Positions 57,001-64,000 of a stretch of DNA of 64,000 nt are shown in pieces. Source of the stretch: Eledone cirrhosa. Taxonomy: Eukaryota. A program made the translations under genes and the position numbers. Every line of letters begins with the position of its first letter. Within the stretch, counting starts at the first letter, position 1. The notes below the pieces were generated by a model that did no database searches, was not told where the DNA came from, and saw only the letters and a program-made list of their open reading frames with translations. The DNA is taken from positions 34,534,001 to 34,598,000 of the forward strand of contig OZ024760.1 of the NCBI GenBank assembly GCA_964016885.1, written 5' to 3'.

Positions 57001-58262
57001 AATCTGGTCTATATTATAAACCACAGTCACACCTGGTCTACGTTGTATTATAGCACTATCACATATGGTCTATATTATATATACCACTATCACATCCGGT
57101 CTATATTATATATACCACAGTCATATCTGGTCTATATTATATTATACCACAGTCACATCTGGTCTATATTATACATACCACTATCTCATCTGGTCTATAT
57201 TATATATACCGCAGTCACATCAGGTCTATATTATATATACCACATTCACATCTGGTCTATATTATATATACCACTGTCACATCAGGTCTATATTATATAT
57301 ACCACTGTCACATCTGGTCTATATTATATATACCACTATCACATCTGGTCTATATTATATATACCACAGTGACATCTGGTCTATATTATATCACAGTCAC
57401 ATCTGGTTTATATTATATTATATCAGTCACAACTGGTCTATATTATATTATACCACTGTCACATTTGGTCTATACTATATATACCACATTCACATCTAGT
57501 CTATATTATATTATACCACTATCACATCAGGTCTATATTATATTATACCAGTCACATCTGGTCTATATTATATATACCACAGTCACATCTGGTCTATATA
57601 CCGCAGTCACATCTGGTCTATATTATATACCACAGTCACATCTGGTCTATATTGTATTATAGCACTATCACATCAGGTCTATATTATATTATACCACAGT
57701 CACATCTGGTCTATATTATATATACCACTGTCACATCTGGTCTATATTATACCACAGTCACATCTGCTCTATATTATATTGTACCACAGTCACATCTGGT
57801 CTATATTATATATACCAATTTTCCATCTTGTCTATATTATATATACCGCAGTCACATCTGGTCCATATTATATATACCACTATCACATCTGGTCTATATT
57901 ATATATACCACAGTCACATCTGGTCTATATTATATATCAGTCACATCTGGTCTATATTATATTATACCACAGTCACATCTGGTCTATATTATATATACCA
58001 CAGTCACATCTGGTCTATATTATATATACCACTATCACATTTGCTCTATATTATATCACAGTCCCATCTGGTCTATATATTATACCACAGTCACATCTGG
58101 TCTATATTATACCACAGTCACATCTGGTCTATATTATACCACAGTCACATCAGGTCTATATTATATTATACCATAGTCACATCTGGTCTATATTATATAT
58201 ACACTATCACATCTGTCTATATTATACCACACTCATATCTGGTCTATATTATATTATATTAT

Positions 58263-58323
58263 ATAAAATAAAGTACCAGTAATGTACTGGATTATTGCTG
58301 GCCTTGTGCCTAAAAGAGAAACA
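58263..58323 (+). mobile_element. SINE family A 3' fragment near the satellite's right end
   Basis: ATAAAATAAAGTACCAGTAATGTACTGG...GCTGGCCTTGTGCCTAAAAGAGAAACA. Confidence 0.88.
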
Positions 58324-58849
58324 ATTATATTATATACCACAGTCACCTCTGGTCTATATTATATTATATCCCACAGTTACATCTGGTCTATATTATATTA
58401 TATACCACCATCACATATGATTTAGTCTAGCGTCTGACCTGTTCCTATGCGCGTCAACGACCAAGGACAATTGCACCAATCATCACCTATATTATACTCT
58501 ATGTTCATGATTCTTATCAGAGTTACGTCCATTTCTGTTCAAGTCCCAGGGTTGTAGTAGAAGACACCTGCTCCTTCTGGTTGAGGCTGAAACCAGGTAG
58601 TTATATATATATATATCATCTGCGAGCTAGGGGGTTTCTTCACACATTCTTGTCTTAAAATGCAAAGCACCTTATATACACACAGACAGCTCTATACGCA
58701 CACACTTACATACACACCTACATATATACATACACCTACACATACAGACAGCTCTATTGCACACACTTACATACCCACCTACATGCATAAATACACTTTA
58801 TTCTCATTGTGATAAATAACATCTCTCAACATTTCTCCTATAAATTACA

Positions 58850-59520
58850 TCACAACCATTACCACCACTACTACCACCACCACTACCACTACCACCAGTA
58901 CTACCACCACTGCCACTACTACCACCACCACTACCACCACCACCACCATTACTACTACCACCACCACTACTACCACAACTACCACCACCATTACTATCAC
59001 CACCACCACTACCACTACTACCACCACCATTACCACCACCTCCACCACTACTACCACCACCACCACTACTTCCACCACCATTACTACCACCACTACTACC
59101 ACCACCACCATTACTACCACCACCACCACTACTACCACTAGCACCACCGTTACCACCACCACTACTACCACCACCATTACATCTACCACTACCACCACCA
59201 TTACTACCACTACCACCACTATTACCACCACCACTACCACCACCCTTACCACCACCACTACCACCACAATTACCACCACCACCACCATTACCACCACGAC
59301 GACCACCACCACCACCAATACCACCACCACCACTAGTACCACTAGTACCACTACCACCATTACCACCACTACCACACCACCACCTCCACCACCACTACCA
59401 CAACCACCACCATTACCACCACCACCACCACCACCATTACCACTACTACCACTACTACCACCACACAACCACACCACCACCACTACTACCACCACTACCA
59501 CACCACCACCACTACCACTA
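58850..59520. repeat. Degenerate (CCA/CTA)n trinucleotide tract
   Basis: Directly visible. Confidence 0.95.
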
Positions 59521-59699
59521 CCCCTCACCTTTGTCTCTCTCTCTCTCACACACACATATACATACATACACACATACATAGTGCATGTGTATGTAAGTAT
59601 GATACATACACACACACACTTCTATTCTTGTACTTAAAGTCAATGGTGACAAGATGGAGGGGGGGGACCTGTAGTAAAAACTATTTTGACTGCTTTGGA

Positions 59700-60610
59700 G
59701 GCGGTGGTGGTAGTGTTGCGGTGGTGGTACTGATAGTGGTGGTAGTGTTGCGGTGGTGGTAGTGTTGTGGTGGTGGTACTGGTAGTGGTGTATTGGTGGT
59801 ACTGATAGTGGTGGTAGTGGTAGTGTGGTGGTACTGATAGTGGTGGTAGTGTGGTAGTGCGGTGGTGTAGTGGTTGTACTGAGAGTGGTGGTAGTGGTGG
59901 TGTGGTGGTGTAGTGGTGGTCCGGATAGTGGTGGTAGTGGTGACAGTGGTAGTGTGGTGGTGTGGTGGTGTAGTGGTGGTACTGATAGTGGTGGTAGTGT
60001 TGTGGTGGTGGTGGTACTGATAGTGGTGGTAGTGGTGTATTGGTGGTAGTGATGGTGGTGGTAGTGTGGTGGTGTGGTGGTGTAGTGGTGGTACTGATTG
60101 CAGTGGTATTGTGGTGTAGTGGTGGTAGTGTTGTGGTAGTGTGGTGATGGTAGTGGTAGTGTGGTGGTGGTGGTGGTGGTTATGTTGTGGTAGTGTGGTG
60201 ATGGTAGTTGTAGTGTGGTGGTGGTGGTAGTAGTGGGGATAGTGGTGGTAGTGTGGTGTTGGTGGTGGTAATGTGGTAGTGTGGTGGTGGTAGTGTTGTA
60301 GTAGTGGGGGTGGTGGTGGTAGTGGTGTAGTAGTGGGGGTAGTAGTGGTGGTGGTGGTGGTGGTGGTAGTGTTGTAGTAGTGGGGGTGGTGGTGGTAGTG
60401 TTGTAGTAGTGGGGGTGGGGGTGGTAGTGTTGTGGTGTAGTGGGGGTAGTGTGGTGATGGTGGTGGTTGTAGTGTTGTGACGGTGGTGGTAGTGTCGTGG
60501 TCGTGGTGGTAGTAGTGGTGATGGTGGAGGAGGTAGTGGTGGTACTGGTAGTAGTAGTGGTGGTGCAGGTAGTAGTAGTAGTAGTGGTGGTGGAGGTGTT
60601 GGAGGTGAGG
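59700..60610. repeat. Degenerate (TGG/TAG)n tract, complementary in composition to 58850-59520
   Basis: Directly visible. Confidence 0.95.
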
Positions 60611-60667
60611 GGGGCCTTCGGCTGTAACTAAACTAGCAATTTACCCCAGCGACATACATTTAATTAC

Positions 60668-60950
60668 TCACACACTATGACTGCCACACACACTATGACA
60701 GCCACACACACTATGACAGCCACACACACTATGACACCCACTCACACGATGACTGCCACACACACTATGACACCCACCCACTGACAAACACACATACACA
60801 CACCATGACAGCCACACACTGACAACCACAGATACACACACTATGACAGCCACACACTATGACAGCCACACACTCTACGACAGCCACTCCAACAGCCTCA
60901 CACACACACTGACAGCCACACACACACAAACACAGACTCTACGACAGCCA
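60668..60950. repeat. 18-bp minisatellite CTATGACAGCCACACACA (degenerating)
   Basis: CTATGA at 60675, 60693 and 60711 (period 18). Confidence 0.9.
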
Positions 60951-61078
60951 AGAAAAACACGTGTTAATAAATCAGTAGAGAATGTTTTTAACTTGGATTT
61001 TCACGGAGTTCCACTTGGTGACAACAACTCATTGATTTAACATGACAATATATTTATAACAAATTTATTAATCCTTTT

Positions 61079-61123
<45 letters not shown>

Positions 61124-61276
61124 ATGTTGACATAACATTTTTTCTACCTGGACTTCAACGACTGTGGACAGCTGGTCACTTCTAGGGGTACTTTACCCGA
61201 GTTTATAAGCTATTATTTATTGCGATCGACTGTTGTTACAGTTATTTACGGCTTCTGGGATTCCTACATTTCCAAA

Positions 61277-61320
<44 letters not shown>

Positions 61321-61819
61321 CAAGGTATGTAACTTATTTGATAACAGAAAGTTTTATTCCGTTTTTATTGATATCAAACTGTTTTGTTGTATTTCTAACG
61401 AAACACACCCTCTTTGTGTCTCAATTTTATAATTACTCAAACATTTGGTGTCGTTTAATAGTCATATTTATCCACTTCCTAAGCTGATATTTAGGACATT
61501 ATGTAACAAATTCCTGAAATAAAATTACGATGGAAGGATGTAACAAACATTTTAAGTGAGAAGTTTTTTGTATAAAAAATCTCTGGCGGTGTCAGACCGG
61601 TTCCTTTCAGAAGGGTTAACAATATTTGTCAACAAATACATCCAGTATAGAAATCTACACAATTCTGTGTATTTGTTGCACTATTTTATTTACAATATTT
61701 CTAAGAAAGACTCAAGGACACAATAATATTATTTCAGTGTCATCTTTTAGTTTTCTCCCATCAATAAATATGTCGAGAGAAGTTTATGACAAACCGGGTT
61801 ACATGAATATTTAACAGAC

Positions 61820-61893
61820 TAGGGCGATTTAATCGACTTCTCCTCCCCTAAAGTTTTTGGTCATGTGCCTAACTAAATCAGAAAATTATTATT
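61820..61893 (+). mobile_element. 3' fragment of a long-form SINE A relative
   Basis: GGGCGATTTAATCGACTT...TGGTCATGTGCCTAA...GAAAATTATTATTA matches the 3' part of the 61910 copy. Confidence 0.7.
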
Positions 61894-61909
61894 ATACACG
61901 CACACCCGA

Positions 61910-62130
61910 GGGCGGTGGATTGGCTGTAATCGGTAGAGCGTCGGACAGCATGCTTTACGGCATAGTTACGTCCCTTTACGTTCTAAGTTCAAATCCAGTC
62001 GAGGTTAATCCTTGCCTTTCATCCTTATGGTGTCTGATAAAATAAAGTACCAGTAACGCACTGGAGGCGATTTAATCAACATCAACCCCCTCCCCTTCTA
62101 GTTGCTGGTCTTATACCAAAAGTAAAAACA
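61910..62130 (+). mobile_element. SINE family A, long-form subfamily
   Basis: Same head and centre as the other copies, with an extra ~35-bp segment GGCGATTTAATCAACATCAACCCCCTCCCCTTC before the tail. Confidence 0.92.
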
Positions 62131-62960
62131 ATTGTTAAACCCGTCTCCTGGGGGGGGGGGGGTGCACAGAATACAATTAATTTGCGACGGTTTTGATGGC
62201 AATATTCGTTCAAAACATCGAAAATCATAGGAAAAACATTACTTTCACCTTTAAAATATTAACCAAAACCTGTTTATCACTATTACATCCGTCTTGGAGA
62301 CGGGTGCAATTATAAAGATTTACCCATTTATCTCCAAAGAAGTTCATTGAAGAATTAAGACAAACCGAGTCTGCAGGGTTTTCCTTTTACTCCACTAATT
62401 CTTTGTTGGTATGGTTATGTTGAATGCTTACTTTGCCGCTTCGTTTTCGTGTCGGCTCTGTCTCTGGACTGCCGGGAGGAGTACACCCTGCTTGAATAGG
62501 GAATTCCCCTCACCCTCGTCATGTGGAGTGGCTGGTGTAGCAGGCTCTTCTCCTCGACTGGACCTTGCATATCACGGGGCTCTGCTGAGATACACTGCCC
62601 AGCCGAGGGTGTAAAATTTGCTCTACCCCCTCATTCTCATCATTATTTAGTTGTTTTTCTCTCTTCTTGTTTTATTAAGTGAAATATTTATACAAATAAA
62701 ATTCTTTCTCTATGTCGAATTGTACTGAAAACAAAAGAGACAATCTATCTAATGTATTAGACCTGTTTTATAGCAATATCCTAGCTCTGCTCTGGCACGT
62801 GTCGCGGTATATAATATAAAACCTGCCATTTATGAGCTATAGTTCTTTTATAATTTACTTATTCATACGACTATAAATAAAACGAAACCCCTGTAATGAC
62901 TCGTCGTCGTACTTCGAAAGAAATATCTTTCGTACCTATTGTTTATTGAATATTAATAAT

Positions 62961-63023
62961 TGTTTCTACTTTAGGAACAAGGCCAGCAATAACCCAGTGC
63001 ATTACTGGTACTTTGTTTTATCG
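62961..63023 (-). mobile_element. SINE family A 3' fragment
   Basis: TGTTTCTACTTTAGGAACAAGGCCAGCAATAACCCAGTGCATTACTGGTACTTT, preceded by an ATT-type tail on the minus strand. Confidence 0.88.
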
Positions 63024-63494
63024 TGGTAGTATGTATGATTCTAGCTTCGTACGTGATCGTGTTTCCAGAAAGAAGCTGTAGCTAGCTGCACGTTCGCCAC
63101 GCTGTGTCTGTTGTTGTTATTTGATACAAAGTCTACCCACGTTTACAAAACATCCGGCTGCGTCAACAGTACAGTGGCCATCTGGAACTAACATTCCTTC
63201 ATACTGGACAGACAGACAAACGGTATGTGTTTATTATCTGTGTCCATGCAAGCCAGTTGGACATTCCTTAATACTGGACAGACAGACAGACTGATTGACT
63301 AACAGTGTACATAAGTGAGGGGGTCTCGGAGAGGAATTGCGCTCCTGTTCAACTTGGAATCGATGTTAAATGTGAATCAGCTGTTCATATAACCCTATAT
63401 TTCATTGAGCATACACCTTCCCACAACACCGTTGTCACCCTGGCAAAGTTGGACATGTGAAACGCCTTTAATAAGATTAGGTGCGACCATATTC

Positions 63495-63796
63495 TAGGGT
63501 CTCAAACATGCGAGCCACAAAACCACTTTAATATAATATTTTCCTAAAAACTTGGTAATTTATTTCCCTCGCCTTCTTCCATACTTTGGCAACGACAACA
63601 ACAGTTTTGAGTTTGACCTGGCGACCTAATGCAAATATTGAAATAAACAACAGTCTATCAGCTGTATTGTAGGTTAACATAACTGGTGGAAACACGTCCC
63701 CATCCCCTAGCCCTCTCACGCACACCCCCGCCTCATCTCACTTTTGACCCACTGTGACTGTGTCTGCTCTTGAGTCCTTGAGTTTGAGACCCCCTG
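63495..63796 (+). mobile_element. hAT-like MITE
   Basis: TIR pair TAGGGTCTCAAAC (63495-63507) and GTTTGAGACCCCCTG (63782-63796). Related to 8958-9246. Confidence 0.7.
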
Positions 63797-63826
63797 GTGT
63801 ACATTCAGGCTTGTCACTAGGCTTTA

Positions 63827-64000
63827 GTGGGGTACCTCTCAACATTCCAGGTAGCCTGTCATTAAGATTTGGTGCTCAGGGGTGGGGTACCTCTCAACAT
63901 TCCAGGTAGCCTGTCATTAAGATTTGGTGCTCAGGGGTGGGGTACCTCTCAACATTCCAGGTAGCCTGTCACTAAGATTTGGTGCTCAGGGGTGGAGTAC
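63827..64000. repeat. 55-bp minisatellite (at least 3 copies; runs off the right edge)
   Basis: GGTACCTCTCAACATTCCAGG at 63831, 63886 and 63941. Confidence 0.95.

Larger units (their letters stand above)
21493..58418. repeat. ~37-kb satellite array of ~31/32-bp units, CCAC(AG/TA)TCACATCTGGTCTATATTATA(T)TATA, with 27-40-bp variants (roughly 1150-1200 units by length)
   Basis: Directly visible, in a single orientation throughout. Interrupted only by SINE A copies. Confidence 0.98.

Noticed and set aside
21493-58418. Dozens of long ORFs (up to 1130 aa) as protein-coding genes
   Set aside because: All frames give the same three repeat peptides, units are not multiples of 3, and there is no splice structure. 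They are translations of satellite DNA.
21493-58418. CRISPR array (repeat ~30 bp)
   Set aside because: No unique spacers, units are contiguous, no cas genes, and the context is eukaryotic.
58809-59615. His/Tyr-rich and poly-Val ORFs
   Set aside because: Translations of a degenerate trinucleotide repeat.

Overview
AT-rich, repeat-dominated eukaryotic (animal) DNA. The SINE, RTE-LINE, piggyBac-MITE and (TA)n content resembles octopod cephalopod genomes; that assignment is an inference from recalled repeat families, not a search. About two-thirds of the window is tandem repeat: a 14/15-bp satellite (1-2610), a 52-bp minisatellite (11.5-14.4 kb) and a ~37-kb satellite of ~31/32-bp units (21.5-58.4 kb) with kb-scale higher-order duplications and SINE insertions. 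The rest is mostly transposable-element debris: two tRNA-derived SINE families, an RTE LINE 3' part, an uninterrupted CR1/L2-type RT fragment, a frameshifted piggyBac transposase, hAT-like MITEs and Penelope-like remnants. No complete host gene is visible, only a few candidate exons and promoter-like motifs. The long ORFs in the satellite are artefacts. The most notable signals are (i) a cluster of distinct hammerhead-ribozyme-like motifs at 14.9-18.8 kb, several sitting in long inverted repeats between (TA)n tracts, (ii) an open RT fragment bracketed by 41-bp inverted repeats, (iii) a SINE and its probable partner LINE lying tail-to-tail with a shared 3' end, and (iv) SINE insertions that record the satellite's duplication history.
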